64,000 nt of DNA from Candidatus Sericytochromatia bacterium (GTDB lineage: Bacteria > Cyanobacteriota > Sericytochromatia > S15B-MN24 > UBA4093): positions 1 through 64,000 of the forward strand of contig JAKFBU010000038.1 of the NCBI GenBank assembly GCA_036676985.1, given 5' to 3'. The notes beneath the pieces were generated by a model. The model saw only the letters and a program-made list of their open reading frames with translations, made no database searches and was not told where the DNA came from. Of the stretch, positions 32,259 to 42,206 are shown one piece after another. Numbering within the stretch: the first letter of the stretch is position 1; the number at the start of each line of letters is the position of its first letter. The position numbers were made by a program, and so were the translations under genes.

Positions 32259-33347
32259 CTAGCCGGCGATGGCCTTCCAACCCGACTGGAGCTTCTCACC
32301 CAGCCATTTGGTGACCGATTTCGCACCGTCGCCGAGCGTCTTGGCCGTGAACTTGAGGCCTTCCAGCGGGTGAGTGAAGCCGTAGGTGAGCACCTTGTCG
32401 GTGTCGCCCACCTGCTGGTCACGGCGGCGGGCGTAGAAGAGCCCGAGCTCGACGCCGATGCCCACAAGCGCCACCGGCAGGAGGAAGGGCGCGAACATGG
32501 TGGTCACGGAGGTGAGGAAGAGGCCCGCGCTCGCGACGATGCTTCCCGCGGCGAGCGCCTTGGTGGCGACGGAGGACTTGGGGTCCTTCCAGACCGAGTG
32601 CGTCACCCACACCGAGTTGGCAAGGGCCGCCACGTTCAGGAAGGGCAGGATCTTGCCGAGGCCGTTGATGAGCGAGCCGATGGGCGACTTCATGATCCAG
32701 GCGACGGCGCCGCGGCCCGAGGCGACCATGGGCTTGAGGAACTCGGCCTTCTCGAGGAAGCGACCGAGACTGCCGACGGCACGGCCCATCTGCTGGCCGA
32801 GCACGATGCTGCCCTGGACGTTGGTGGCGAGGTCCAGGCCGGACTTCACCTTCTTGGCCCGGCTCGCGATGGGGGAGGCCAGCGTCTGGAGGCTCTCCTT
32901 GGCCGCCTTGGCCTGCGCCTTGATCTTCTCGTCGCCCTTGGAGAGCATCAGGACGTCGGCCGCGAGCGCCAGAGGGGCGAGGGCGGGCGTCTTTTCCAGA
33001 ACGGCCTTGGCGGCGACGGCGGCCCCGAAGGTATCGCCCTTGGCCGCAGCGGTGACACCGGCGACCATGGTGGCCCCGCTGGCCAGCGAGCTCTTGGCGG
33101 AATCGGTGGTGGCGACCGACTGGCCCACGGCCTTGGCCGTCTCGGCGACGGCGACGGCGGCATTGCCCGAAGCGGTGGCGGCGGCGAGCGCGACCGGAGC
33201 GCCGACGACCTTGCTCACCACCGCATCGGCCTTGCCGGCGGCATTGGTCAGCACGTCCTTGTCGGTCTTGTCCAGCTTCTCTTCCTGGGTGAAGCGGTGC
33301 TTGATCCAGGTTGGCTGGAGGTTGGTTGCGGTGGAAATTCCGGCCAT
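32259..33347 (-). CDS. Ala-rich hypothetical protein with C-terminal hydrophobic hairpin
   Basis: 362-aa ORF, strong codon bias, two hydrophobic segments near the C-terminus. Confidence 0.75.
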   Translation of the reverse strand: MAGISTATNLQPTWIKHRFTQEEKLDKTDKDVLTNAAGKADAVVSKVVGAPVALAAATASGNAAVAVAETAKAVGQSVATTDSAKSSLASGATMVAGVTAAAKGDTFGAAVAAKAVLEKTPALAPLALAADVLMLSKGDEKIKAQAKAAKESLQTLASPIASRAKKVKSGLDLATNVQGSIVLGQQMGRAVGSLGRFLEKAEFLKPMVASGRGAVAWIMKSPIGSLINGLGKILPFLNVAALANSVWVTHSVWKDPKSSVATKALAAGSIVASAGLFLTSVTTMFAPFLLPVALVGIGVELGLFYARRRDQQVGDTDKVLTYGFTHPLEGLKFTAKTLGDGAKSVTKWLGEKLQSGWKAIAG

Positions 33348-33454
33348 TGGTCGCCCCAGTGATTAACAGCTTATTACCATCCACTGGGGTTATAGGGCGC
33401 CAGGCGCCCAACTTGCGACTTTCCGGCCAGTCTTAGTAGGAACCTAAGACAAAC

Positions 33455-34132
33455 TTAACGCCAGACCTGCCACCACTTCTTGGGGGGCGGCGCGGAGGCC
33501 TGCTCCTGGATGGCGCGGGCCAGCTCGTCGAGGATGCCATCGTCCTCGTCCGCGTCGTGCCGATCGGAGATCTCGGTGGCGACGGCCGCCTCGAGGTCCA
33601 GGAGCCGGCGCTGGAGCTTGCGGATCATCTCGTCCTTGGTGGAGGCGTCCAGGGCTTCCTCGGAGGCCTTGGCGCGCTCCTCGAGATCGGCGATGCGGGT
33701 GTTGAGCTCATCGACGCCCGTGTCGCGCGGGGCCTCGAGCAAGAGCTGCATGCGATCGTTGAGGGCCTTGAGCTGCTGGTTCTCCTCGGTAAGGGTTTGC
33801 AGGGCCGTCATCTGGGCCTGCACGACCTTCTCGAGCTCGTCCTGACGCGCGACGATGGCGGCCAGGACCTCGCGCACGTCGGGGGCGACGGTGGTCTCCG
33901 ACTCGGTGGCGACCATGGCCGAGTGCGTGAGCATGTTCTTGATCTCGTCGATGGGCACGTTCTGGGCGCGGTAGGCACGGATGATGCGGAGGTTGGTGAG
34001 GTCCTGCTCCGTGAGCTCGCAGCGACCCTGGTCGTTGCGGGCGAACTGGAGGTTGAACTCGCGTTCGTAGCGCCGGATGAGCGACGCGGAGACTCCCAAT
34101 TTCTTGGCAGCCTCGGACATCGAGAAACTCAT
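33455..34132 (-). CDS. MerR-type HTH coiled-coil protein (RacA-like architecture)
   Basis: SMSEAAKKLGVSASLIRRYE HTH; coiled coil; C-terminal KKWWQVWR. Confidence 0.8.
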   Translation of the reverse strand: MSFSMSEAAKKLGVSASLIRRYEREFNLQFARNDQGRCELTEQDLTNLRIIRAYRAQNVPIDEIKNMLTHSAMVATESETTVAPDVREVLAAIVARQDELEKVVQAQMTALQTLTEENQQLKALNDRMQLLLEAPRDTGVDELNTRIADLEERAKASEEALDASTKDEMIRKLQRRLLDLEAAVATEISDRHDADEDDGILDELARAIQEQASAPPPKKWWQVWR

Positions 34133-34299
34133 GGGCGACCCTCCTGCACGAACCGGTTCTTGGCATGACCATTGCCCCGCCGGTGCGGGGCGCGCCTTGA
34201 TTATAGCTTCCAGGCCCGGTGCTGGCCACCCCAGAGACGCGAGGCTCGCTCGTATGCTATCGTTACGCGTGACCCGTCCCGGTCCGAAAGGAGGCCTCC

Positions 34300-34920
34300 A
34301 TGCGTCCCATCCTGCCCCTGGATTTGGTCGGCATGCTCGCGGCGACGCCCGCCGCCGCCCAGCTCGGCGACATGACGACCCTGCCGGGCCTCGAGAAGGC
34401 CCCCTCCTTCGAGGCGGACGTCACCATCACCTCGCGCGCCATGCCGCAGCCGACGGCCTACCACGTGACGTACATGGCCCGGCGGATCCGCTTCGACGGG
34501 GCGGAGAACACCTTCATCACCCGCATGGACCAGGGCGCGGTCTATATCGCCCAGGGTGGCAACCAGTGGATGCGCATGAGCCTGCAAGCCATGGGCGGCG
34601 TGGGGCTTTCCGAGGGCAGCTTCCGCCACACCATGCGCAAGGTGGGCCAGGCAACGGTCGATGGCAAGACCTGCGACGTGTACCAGTCGCAGAGCGCGGA
34701 CGGCAGCACGTCCTCGACCAACTACCTGTACCGGGACGTGCCCATCAGGTCCATCGTCCAGAGTCCGCAAGGCCAGACCGTGGTCGAGTACCGCAACCTC
34801 CGGATCGGCTACGTGCCGGCATCCCGCTTCGAGCTGCCCGCCAACGCCCAGGTCACGAGCATGGAAGATCTGCTGAAGGGGCTGGGCGGCAACCAGAGCC
34901 TCAAGGGGCTGATGCAGTAG
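34300..34920 (+). CDS. Secreted DUF4412-like protein
   Basis: AGGAGG RBS, signal peptide, KVGQATVDGKTCDVY and ASRFELP motifs. Confidence 0.7.
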   Translation: MRPILPLDLVGMLAATPAAAQLGDMTTLPGLEKAPSFEADVTITSRAMPQPTAYHVTYMARRIRFDGAENTFITRMDQGAVYIAQGGNQWMRMSLQAMGGVGLSEGSFRHTMRKVGQATVDGKTCDVYQSQSADGSTSSTNYLYRDVPIRSIVQSPQGQTVVEYRNLRIGYVPASRFELPANAQVTSMEDLLKGLGGNQSLKGLMQ

Positions 34921-34979
34921 CCGCGAAAGCATCCGCCCTGTGCGGCTCTTGCTGTAGGTGGCTGCCGTAGCCCCTGCTT

Positions 34980-35116
34980 TGGACCCCCGCTTTCGCGAGG
35001 GTGACGGGAGCGCCGACTTGCCGGTTGAAGGCGCTTCCGTCGGTAGCCTGGTGTGATCGCTTCCGTCGGTAGCGTAGTGTGACCGCTCCCGTCACCCTCG
35101 CGAAAGCGGGGGTCCA
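34980..35116. repeat. REPIN/MITE-like element: 33-bp perfect inverted repeats enclosing 26-bp tandem repeats
   Basis: TGGACCCCCGCTTTCGCGAGGGTGACGGGAGCG (34980-35012) and its reverse complement (35084-35116). Confidence 0.85.
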
Positions 35117-35192
35117 GGGTCGGCGCTCGAGGCGACTTCTGGTCAGCCCAGAGCCGGGAAATCGGTTCGGTCGACGTGTAGGACGGCTAATT

Positions 35193-36050
35193 TCAGGCGT
35201 TGGCGCGGGTACGTTTGGGCTTCTGGAAGACGAAGACGTACTCGTGCTTGAACAGGTAGTAGCCCTGGGCGAGGGCGCGGTAGCGCCACAGGTTGCCGTT
35301 CTTGCCCTTGCCCTTCTCGTTGCCGTTGATGTCCTTGACCACGATGCTCTTGAGGACGAACCCGGCCTGCATGGCGGACTGCATGGTGTAGAAGCCGAGC
35401 GGCACCCACTGGCCGCTCGCGTACTTGTCCCCGATGACCAGCGCCATGAAGCGTCCCGGAGCCAAGAGCTCGTAGGCGTTGTCGATCACCTTGCGGAAGC
35501 GCTCGACGAACTCCATGTCGCTCTGGACGTTCGACAGGTCCTCGGCCCGCTCCCCCTTGGAGAACGAGATGATGTCACCGTAGGGCGGATGCAGGATGGC
35601 CAGGTCGGCGTGCTTCTTGCCATGTACGGCGAGCGCCTCCCGGACCCGGTCCGGCGTGTCGGCGGCCGCCGAGTCGCCCACCAGGATGTCCGTGCGGATG
35701 CCCTCGGGGTTCTGAGCGCCTTCGATGCGCTGGGTTGAGGCCTCGGCCACCCGCTCGAGGAGCTCCATCCCGATGCCGTGGCGGCCCAGCCGGCGGCACT
35801 CGATCAGCGTGGTGCCCATGCCGAGGAAGAGGTCGAGCACGACCTCGCCGGACTTGGTGTAGCGCTTGAGGAGCTGCTGCGGGATCTGGGGGATGAAGTT
35901 GCCGTGGTAGTCGCCGGCATGGGTCTCGCCCTTGTCGCGCTTGGTGAACGTCCAGAGGCTACCCGTTTCGATCTCGGGCAGGTAGTCCTTCCAGTTGGTC
36001 AGATCGATGTCCGAGTAGGCGCTCGTGGTGGCGCGCTTGCGAGGGGGCAT
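35193..36050 (-). CDS. Orphan DNA amino-methyltransferase (N4-C/N6-A) family protein
   Basis: VLDLFLGMGTT SAM motif, HPPY catalytic-like motif, HEYVFVFQK. Confidence 0.85.
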   Translation of the reverse strand: MPPRKRATTSAYSDIDLTNWKDYLPEIETGSLWTFTKRDKGETHAGDYHGNFIPQIPQQLLKRYTKSGEVVLDLFLGMGTTLIECRRLGRHGIGMELLERVAEASTQRIEGAQNPEGIRTDILVGDSAAADTPDRVREALAVHGKKHADLAILHPPYGDIISFSKGERAEDLSNVQSDMEFVERFRKVIDNAYELLAPGRFMALVIGDKYASGQWVPLGFYTMQSAMQAGFVLKSIVVKDINGNEKGKGKNGNLWRYRALAQGYYLFKHEYVFVFQKPKRTRANA

Positions 36051-36186
36051 GCCTGGGCGGGTCTCCTTGAACCGGTGGGGCGGTCCCCCTATTGTATGCG
36101 ACTTGGAGCTTGGCTGCTAGGGGTAATCGGCGTGGCTTGCCGAATAGGCGGCCCCGTGCCGGGCGAGTCCGCGCTAGAATGGATGC

Positions 36187-36942
36187 ATGAAAGCCTGGAG
36201 ACTGCTCATGGACCCCGCGCTGCCGGGAGTCTGGAACATGGCCGCGGATCTCGCCATCCTGGAGACCTATCGCCAGGGCAAGGCGCTGCCGACGCTGCGA
36301 TTGTACGACTGGGACGTGCCGACCCTGAGCCTGGGGTACGCCCAGCGGACTTCGGAAGTGGACGTGGTGGCGTGTGAGGGGCGGGGAGTCGCCCGGGTGC
36401 GACGTCCCACCGGTGGGCGGGCCGTGTTGCACGGGGCGGGAGACCTCACCTACTCGGTCGTGGCCTCGGGGGCGGAGGGGTTTCCGGAAAGCGTGGCGGG
36501 ATCGTATGCGCGGATTGCGGAGGCGTTGGTCTTGGGCTTTCAGTCCTTGGGCTTGCTGATGCAAGTGGCGCCCGGCGAACGATCGTCCGGGACCACGAGC
36601 GCGTGCTTCGGGTCGTCGACCCGGGCGGACATGCTGGCAGCAGGGCGGAAGCTCGTGGGCAGCGCGCAGTTGCGGCGCGAGGGCGGGTTCTTGCAGCACG
36701 GGGCGGTGATGCTGACCCAGCAGCCGGAGGCGATCGCCGACCTGCTCGTGGCGCGTGAGGCGCCCACGGGAATGACGAACCTCGCGGCCGAGCTGGGGCG
36801 GGTGCCTGACCCGGAGGCGGTGCGTGAGGCTGTCGTGCGGGGATTCGAGCAGGCGTTCGGGATCCGGTTCGAGGTGGGGGGGCTCAGTGCCGAGGAGCGG
36901 GCACTGGCCGAGGACCTGCAGGGGGCCATGCGGCTGGAATAA
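36187..36942 (+). CDS. Lipoate-protein ligase / LipM-like octanoyltransferase
   Basis: NMAAD, RRPTGGRAVLH, ACF, KLVGSAQ, LQHG. Confidence 0.88.
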   Translation: MKAWRLLMDPALPGVWNMAADLAILETYRQGKALPTLRLYDWDVPTLSLGYAQRTSEVDVVACEGRGVARVRRPTGGRAVLHGAGDLTYSVVASGAEGFPESVAGSYARIAEALVLGFQSLGLLMQVAPGERSSGTTSACFGSSTRADMLAAGRKLVGSAQLRREGGFLQHGAVMLTQQPEAIADLLVAREAPTGMTNLAAELGRVPDPEAVREAVVRGFEQAFGIRFEVGGLSAEERALAEDLQGAMRLE

Positions 36943-37066
36943 CTCCGCTCACTTGCACGGATCATGCACGTGCGGAACCGTTCGCATTTCGACCGGGCTC
37001 AAGGTGAACGGATTGTCGTGGGTCTCTCGGGGTGGGTTCCCTGCCAAGGAGCTGAGGTTGGCTGAA

Positions 37067-37678
37067 CTAGCGCTTGTCGCGGTCGTCCTTGTCCTGCTTC
37101 TCGTGCTTCTCGGCCAGCCGGCGCATCTGGTACATGGTGCGCGTGAGGCCCACGCCCAGGGCCACGCTGCGCAGATCGCGGATGTCGAGCACGCCCAGCG
37201 AGACGAACTGGTCCAGCATGTTGTAGGCGAGCTCGCCCAGCTGAATCAGCTCCGCGATCCGATCGGCGGCGATCTGCTTGGACTCGTCCTCCTCCGCCCC
37301 CACCTCGAGCTCGGACTCCACCTCGCGCAGCCGCTCCAGGGTCGTGGCCGCCTGGTACAGCTCCCGCTCGCGCAAGACCTTGGAGATCGGACGCCAGATG
37401 TTGCGCTCCGCCACGTAGTACTCGCGGCGCTCGCCAGGCATCGGGTAGCGGCTCACCACCCCCCAGCGCGCCAGCTCCGACAACACCATGCTCACAAGGC
37501 CGCTCGAGATGCCGAGGCCCTGGCGGATGTCCTGGGCCGACAGCGGCTTGGAGCTCAGGTAGAGGAAGGTCCAGACCATCCCGAGGACGCGCTTGAAGCC
37601 CCAGACCTCCATCGCCGCGCCCACGGCCTCGCAGGCGCGGTAGATGGCGGGATCGATGGCGGCGTCTTCTTGGGTCAT
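37067..37678 (-). CDS. GbsR/MarR-family transcriptional regulator
   Basis: WGFKRVLGMVW.FLYLS..PLS...LGISSGLVS, GERREYYVAE. Confidence 0.85.
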   Translation of the reverse strand: MTQEDAAIDPAIYRACEAVGAAMEVWGFKRVLGMVWTFLYLSSKPLSAQDIRQGLGISSGLVSMVLSELARWGVVSRYPMPGERREYYVAERNIWRPISKVLRERELYQAATTLERLREVESELEVGAEEDESKQIAADRIAELIQLGELAYNMLDQFVSLGVLDIRDLRSVALGVGLTRTMYQMRRLAEKHEKQDKDDRDKR

Positions 37679-37680
37679 GG

Positions 37681-39660
37681 TTAGGCCGGGTTGAGGATGC
37701 GGCCCTGCTCGAAGATGCGGTACTCGATGAAGAGATCGAGCAGCTGGCCGTCGATATGCTCGTCCTTGGCCTCGAAGCGCAGGATGTCGAGCGCGCGATC
37801 GAGCGGCACGGCCTTCTTGTAGGGGCGATCGCTCGCCGTCAGGGCGTCGAAGATGTCGGCGATCGCCATCATCTTGGACTGGATGGGAATCTCGGGGGCC
37901 GCGATGGAGCGCGGATAGCCCTTGCCGTTCAGCTTCTCGTGGTGCGCATAGGCGATCTCGGGCACGCCCTTGAGGTCGTTGGTCCAGGGGATCTGGCTCA
38001 GGAACTTGTAGGTGTGCGAGACGTGGCTCTCGATCTCGAGGCGCTCGTGCGCATCCAGGCTGCCGCGCCGGATGGAGAGCTGCGTGACCTCGTCCCCGCA
38101 CAGGAGATGCTGCTCGTGCCCGTGGATGTCGCGGTAGGTCCGCTGAGCGATCTCCATGAGCCTCAGGAAGCTGCCCTCTTCGAGGACGGTGGGCTCGTTG
38201 GCATCGAGAATCGACTGCAGGAAGGAGTCCAGCTCCATGAGGCCCAGGTTGAACTCGTCGTCGAACCGGCCCTTCTCGAGCATGTAAGCCTCCCGGCCCT
38301 TCTCGAGCACGTACTCGAGGCGCGCGCGGCTGCTCTCGGCTTCGAGCGCCTTCTGCACGAAGGCGAAACGGCTCGTGATGAGGTCGAGCTTCATGGGGTA
38401 GAGCTTCTTGGCCTTGACGAGCACTTCTTCGCGCACGCCGACCTTGCCGAAGTCGTGAAGCAAGGAAGCGTAGCGCACCTCGCGGATCTGCTCGCGCGAG
38501 AAGCGGATGTCCCGGTACTGGCCCACGTCGATCCGGTCGACGAGCTCCGCCAGGCCCACCGTGAGGTTGGCGACGCGCGCGGAGTGACCCGAGGTGGTCG
38601 GGTCTCGGCTTTCAATCGCGGTGACCGAGGCGTTCACGAAGCCTTCGAACAGGCCCTCGATGTTCTTGTAGAGGATGTTGTTCTCGATGGCCACCGCCGC
38701 CTGGCTCGCCAGGCTGAGCACCAGCTCCTCGTTCAGGTGGTCGAAGTGGACGACGTCCTCGTCGACCTTGGAGGGGCTGTCCAGCACCAGGTCGCGGCGC
38801 CGCTTGCGGTTGATGAGCTGCAGAATTCCGATCGTCTCGTTGGACCGGTTGGTCATGGGGATGACGAGCATCGACTTGGTGCGGTAGCCCGTGCGCCGGT
38901 CGAAGGTCCGGTCGAAGTTGTACTCGACGTTCTGGGGCAGCTCGTAGACGTCGTCGAGGTTGAGCGTGTGTCCCGTCAGCGCCACGTAGCCGGCCAGGCT
39001 CTGACGCGAGATCGGCATGCTGAACTCTTTGTAGCCGAAGGGAAAGGTGTCGTTCTGCGACAGCTTGAAGCGCAGGACCTTTTGCTTGTGCTCGTTCTCC
39101 TCGACCAGGTACAGGCTGCCCGCGTCCGCATAGACGATGTCCCGGCTCTTCTTGAGGATGAGGTCCAGGAGCTTGTCCGGGTCGCGCTCGGACGAGAGCG
39201 CGATGCCGATGGAGTTGAGCTCCTGGAGCTTGATCGAGTACTCCTTGAGCTCGTGGCGGGAGCGCTCGGTCTCGAGCTGGTTGAGGATGAAGATGAAGGC
39301 GTTGGAGACCAGCTTGGCGAAGCCCTTGGAGTGGTAAGGCTCGCGCAGGTAGCCCCACAGGAGGTCTTCGGGCACGTCCTTGGGGGCCTCGGCCCCTTCG
39401 GGATAGGAGCAGACGAAGATGCCCGAGGTACCCCAGAGGGCTGCGATCTCGCGCAACAAGGAGGCGTCGCCCGACTCCATCAGGTAGCGGTCGACAATGA
39501 GGAGCTTGGGCACGTGCCGCGGCTCGTAGCGAAGCTCGGCCAGGGTGTCGACGACCCGCCACGTCACCCCATGGGCCTCTTGGGCCCGCAGGATGTCGAG
39601 GTTCAGATTCTGGCTCGAGCTGTACAGTATGCGCTCGGCCGTCTCGTCGATCGGCTGCAC
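37681..39660 (-). CDS. GAF + HD-GYP cyclic-dinucleotide phosphodiesterase
   Basis: GAF (TGYRTKSML), RDPTTSGHS, LHDFGK, HHEKLNGKGYP. Confidence 0.92.
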   Translation of the reverse strand: MQPIDETAERILYSSSQNLNLDILRAQEAHGVTWRVVDTLAELRYEPRHVPKLLIVDRYLMESGDASLLREIAALWGTSGIFVCSYPEGAEAPKDVPEDLLWGYLREPYHSKGFAKLVSNAFIFILNQLETERSRHELKEYSIKLQELNSIGIALSSERDPDKLLDLILKKSRDIVYADAGSLYLVEENEHKQKVLRFKLSQNDTFPFGYKEFSMPISRQSLAGYVALTGHTLNLDDVYELPQNVEYNFDRTFDRRTGYRTKSMLVIPMTNRSNETIGILQLINRKRRRDLVLDSPSKVDEDVVHFDHLNEELVLSLASQAAVAIENNILYKNIEGLFEGFVNASVTAIESRDPTTSGHSARVANLTVGLAELVDRIDVGQYRDIRFSREQIREVRYASLLHDFGKVGVREEVLVKAKKLYPMKLDLITSRFAFVQKALEAESSRARLEYVLEKGREAYMLEKGRFDDEFNLGLMELDSFLQSILDANEPTVLEEGSFLRLMEIAQRTYRDIHGHEQHLLCGDEVTQLSIRRGSLDAHERLEIESHVSHTYKFLSQIPWTNDLKGVPEIAYAHHEKLNGKGYPRSIAAPEIPIQSKMMAIADIFDALTASDRPYKKAVPLDRALDILRFEAKDEHIDGQLLDLFIEYRIFEQGRILNPA

Positions 39661-39670
39661 CCGGCCTCCC

Positions 39671-40513
39671 CTACTCCAAGCGGAATCGGAGGGTGATCTC
39701 CCCCCACTGGGTCACGGAGCCACCCTCGGGCAAGGGAGCGAACTTCCAGCGCTTCAGCGCCTCGACCGCCCGCTTGTCCATTTCAGGTGTACCCGAAAGT
39801 CGCACGACTTCAACGCGACTCACCCGGCCTTCGGGCGCGACCCAGACCCGGAGCCGCACGTCGCCCTCCGAGCCCGAGCGACGGGCGGATTCCGGGTAGT
39901 TGGGCTGGATCTGCTCGAGGATCCGGCGCTGCCCGATGTCGCCCGAGAGGCCCGATCCCGTGTCGATGGCCCCGCCCCGCAAGGGGCTGCCGTCCGAGGT
40001 GTCCGTGCCGGCGGTGCGGCCGAGGACGTCGTCCGCCGCCGAGGCGAGCTTGCCGATGCGCTCGGCTTCCCGCTCCTGGCGCTTGCGCTCTTGCTCGGCC
40101 AACAGGGCGTCGAGGTCCGGCTTGGACTCGGTGGGGGCGTGGGCGGGGGCGGCGGTGCGCGCCTTCTTGGGGGCGGTGATGCGCTCGGAGCGTTCTGCCT
40201 GCTTGGGCTCGGGAGCCTCGGGCGTCACGCGCTGGACGGTCTCCTTGGGAGCAGCGCGATCGCCGTTCGCCGGCCCGCCGTCGCCCAATGGAGCGTCCGT
40301 CAGCATGGTCACGAGCTCGATGGGCTCGGAGGTCGCCTCGACCGGGGGCTGGAAGCCGCCGAACCACACGAGGGCGGCCAAGAGGACGCCGTGCGTGCCC
40401 ACCGAGAAGGCCCAGGAACGCCACTCGGGATGCGCCGCCTTGGGCGGGGTCGGAACCTTGCCCGCGGGGGGCTTGCGCTTCTTTTTCTTGGGGCGCGGAG
40501 GTGCTGTCTGCAT
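39671..40513 (-). CDS. tonB: Energy transducer TonB
   Basis: TM with S-x3-H, Pro/Lys linker, C-terminal PNYPESARR..EG.V. Confidence 0.85.
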   Translation of the reverse strand: MQTAPPRPKKKKRKPPAGKVPTPPKAAHPEWRSWAFSVGTHGVLLAALVWFGGFQPPVEATSEPIELVTMLTDAPLGDGGPANGDRAAPKETVQRVTPEAPEPKQAERSERITAPKKARTAAPAHAPTESKPDLDALLAEQERKRQEREAERIGKLASAADDVLGRTAGTDTSDGSPLRGGAIDTGSGLSGDIGQRRILEQIQPNYPESARRSGSEGDVRLRVWVAPEGRVSRVEVVRLSGTPEMDKRAVEALKRWKFAPLPEGGSVTQWGEITLRFRLE

Positions 40514-40521
40514 GGGCGCTC

Positions 40522-42204
40522 CTAGAATCCGAACGAGATACCGGTGACCGCGAGGGTGTCGGGGGCGAAGTAGTTGGGCGCCGGCTGATCCTGCTTGAGG
40601 GGCACGGCCTCGGCCCGCACGAAGGCGGACCAGGAGTCCGTCAGCTGGTAGCTGGCCTTGCCGTGCACCAGGGCCTGCCAGCCCGTCGAGCTCGCCTTGG
40701 CCACCTGGCCGTAGCCCAGCTGCTGCAAGAGGATCGAGCCCCCGAGATCCAAGCTTAGCTTACCACGAAGCCACACGCTGTGATGGGCCGTACCGGCCTC
40801 CTGGGCGATCTCGCCGAGGGGCTGGACCGAGCGCCAGCGGTAGAAGAAGTTCTGGCTGCCCGAGTCCCACGCCTGGTACTGCGCCGAGAGCTCCCCGAGC
40901 ACCGCGTCCTGCCTCCGGCTGCCCGCATCGTTGGCGAGGCCGGGGTTGTAGGGCTGCCAGAGCCCGGAGGCGTCCGGCGCCTGGCGCCAGGCGATCCAGC
41001 GATCGGCCATGAGGTAGGAGGCCTCGGCACGGGCATGCCAGCGATCGCCCAGCCGGTGGCTCGCCGTGAGGTCGACGCGCAGGGGGACGCGCTGGTCCAG
41101 CAGCTCCCCGTAGCCCGCCACGTAGCGCCGCGACAGGTAGAGCTCCGTGAAGGTGGGCAGCCACGTCTCCGAGCGGACCTGGGCGGCGAGCTCGGTGGTG
41201 GAGGTAGGCTGGTACTTGAGGCCGAGACCCGGATCGGCGATCGCCGACCCATACAGGGACCCCAGGCCGAGCTGGGCCGTGAGCGTCAGGTCGGGGCGCA
41301 GCGCCCAGTCGTCGGTTGCCCGGACGTAGGCGTTCCAGTCGAGCCGCTTGTCGGTGCGGTGGTTGCCGAGGAGCATGCCGATCTCGGCCACGTGGGGCCA
41401 CGCACCCAGGTCCGGGCGCCAGGAGCCCGCCACCGAGCCGTCCAGCGTGAAGGTGTCGAGCCCGACCGCCGTGGGCGTGCCCACCCGGCCGAGCGACGTG
41501 TCCACCTGGAGGCCGAAGGGGCCTTCGGTCGCCTTGGCGCCCAGGTCCATGCCCTGGGCGTAGGCGTCCGCTAGCGGCGTGTAGAGCGTCGAGCGGTGCG
41601 CGACCTTGAGACCGAGCGCCAGGGCATCCAGGGACGAGGTCGCCTCGGAGGTCCCCGTGGCCTTGAGGCGCAGGCCATAGCTCGACCAGTCGTTCAGGGC
41701 CCGGCCCCAGGTCGAACCCGTGCGGCCTTCCAGCTCCCCGATGGCCGTCACCCGCTCGACGAGCTGACCCGGAGCGAGCGAGAAGGTCTGGCCGGCGTAG
41801 GCGCCGAGGTCGTAGCGATGGGGGCCCGAGGTGCCCACCCGGAGCTGCTGATAGCCGGGCAGGGGCGAGGCGAGCTGCTCCTTGACCGCGTGCAGGTCGG
41901 GGCTCACGCTCTCCGAGGCCCGCGAGAGGTAGTAGTCCAGGTCGAGGGCCGTCTTGGGACGCGGCAGTGTGAAGGGCATGGCCCCCGGCTCGTCCGGGTT
42001 CAGCTTGTTGCCCGGCAGCAAGGGACCCGCCGTCTCGTCCTCGCCCCGGATCAGGACCGACGGCAGGTTCACGGGCAGCTTCTCGGCGCTGTCGAGGGCG
42101 GGCTTGGGGGCGGCGGGTTTTTCGGGGGCCACGGCCGCGGCGGGCATCGCCAGGAGTCCCAAGAGCAGGGCGGCGAGCGGCATGTGGGGGTGGTTCGCGC
42201 GCAT
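40522..42204 (-). CDS. Outer-membrane beta-barrel protein (TonB-dependent-receptor-like)
   Basis: Signal peptide, amphipathic beta-strands, C-terminal aromatic (GISFGF), adjacent to tonB. Confidence 0.65.
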   Translation of the reverse strand: MRANHPHMPLAALLLGLLAMPAAAVAPEKPAAPKPALDSAEKLPVNLPSVLIRGEDETAGPLLPGNKLNPDEPGAMPFTLPRPKTALDLDYYLSRASESVSPDLHAVKEQLASPLPGYQQLRVGTSGPHRYDLGAYAGQTFSLAPGQLVERVTAIGELEGRTGSTWGRALNDWSSYGLRLKATGTSEATSSLDALALGLKVAHRSTLYTPLADAYAQGMDLGAKATEGPFGLQVDTSLGRVGTPTAVGLDTFTLDGSVAGSWRPDLGAWPHVAEIGMLLGNHRTDKRLDWNAYVRATDDWALRPDLTLTAQLGLGSLYGSAIADPGLGLKYQPTSTTELAAQVRSETWLPTFTELYLSRRYVAGYGELLDQRVPLRVDLTASHRLGDRWHARAEASYLMADRWIAWRQAPDASGLWQPYNPGLANDAGSRRQDAVLGELSAQYQAWDSGSQNFFYRWRSVQPLGEIAQEAGTAHHSVWLRGKLSLDLGGSILLQQLGYGQVAKASSTGWQALVHGKASYQLTDSWSAFVRAEAVPLKQDQPAPNYFAPDTLAVTGISFGF

Positions 42205-42206
42205 CG

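Noticed and set aside
35032-35093. Mini CRISPR array
   Set aside because: Units are directly tandem 26-mers without unique 30-40 bp spacers, and there are no cas genes.
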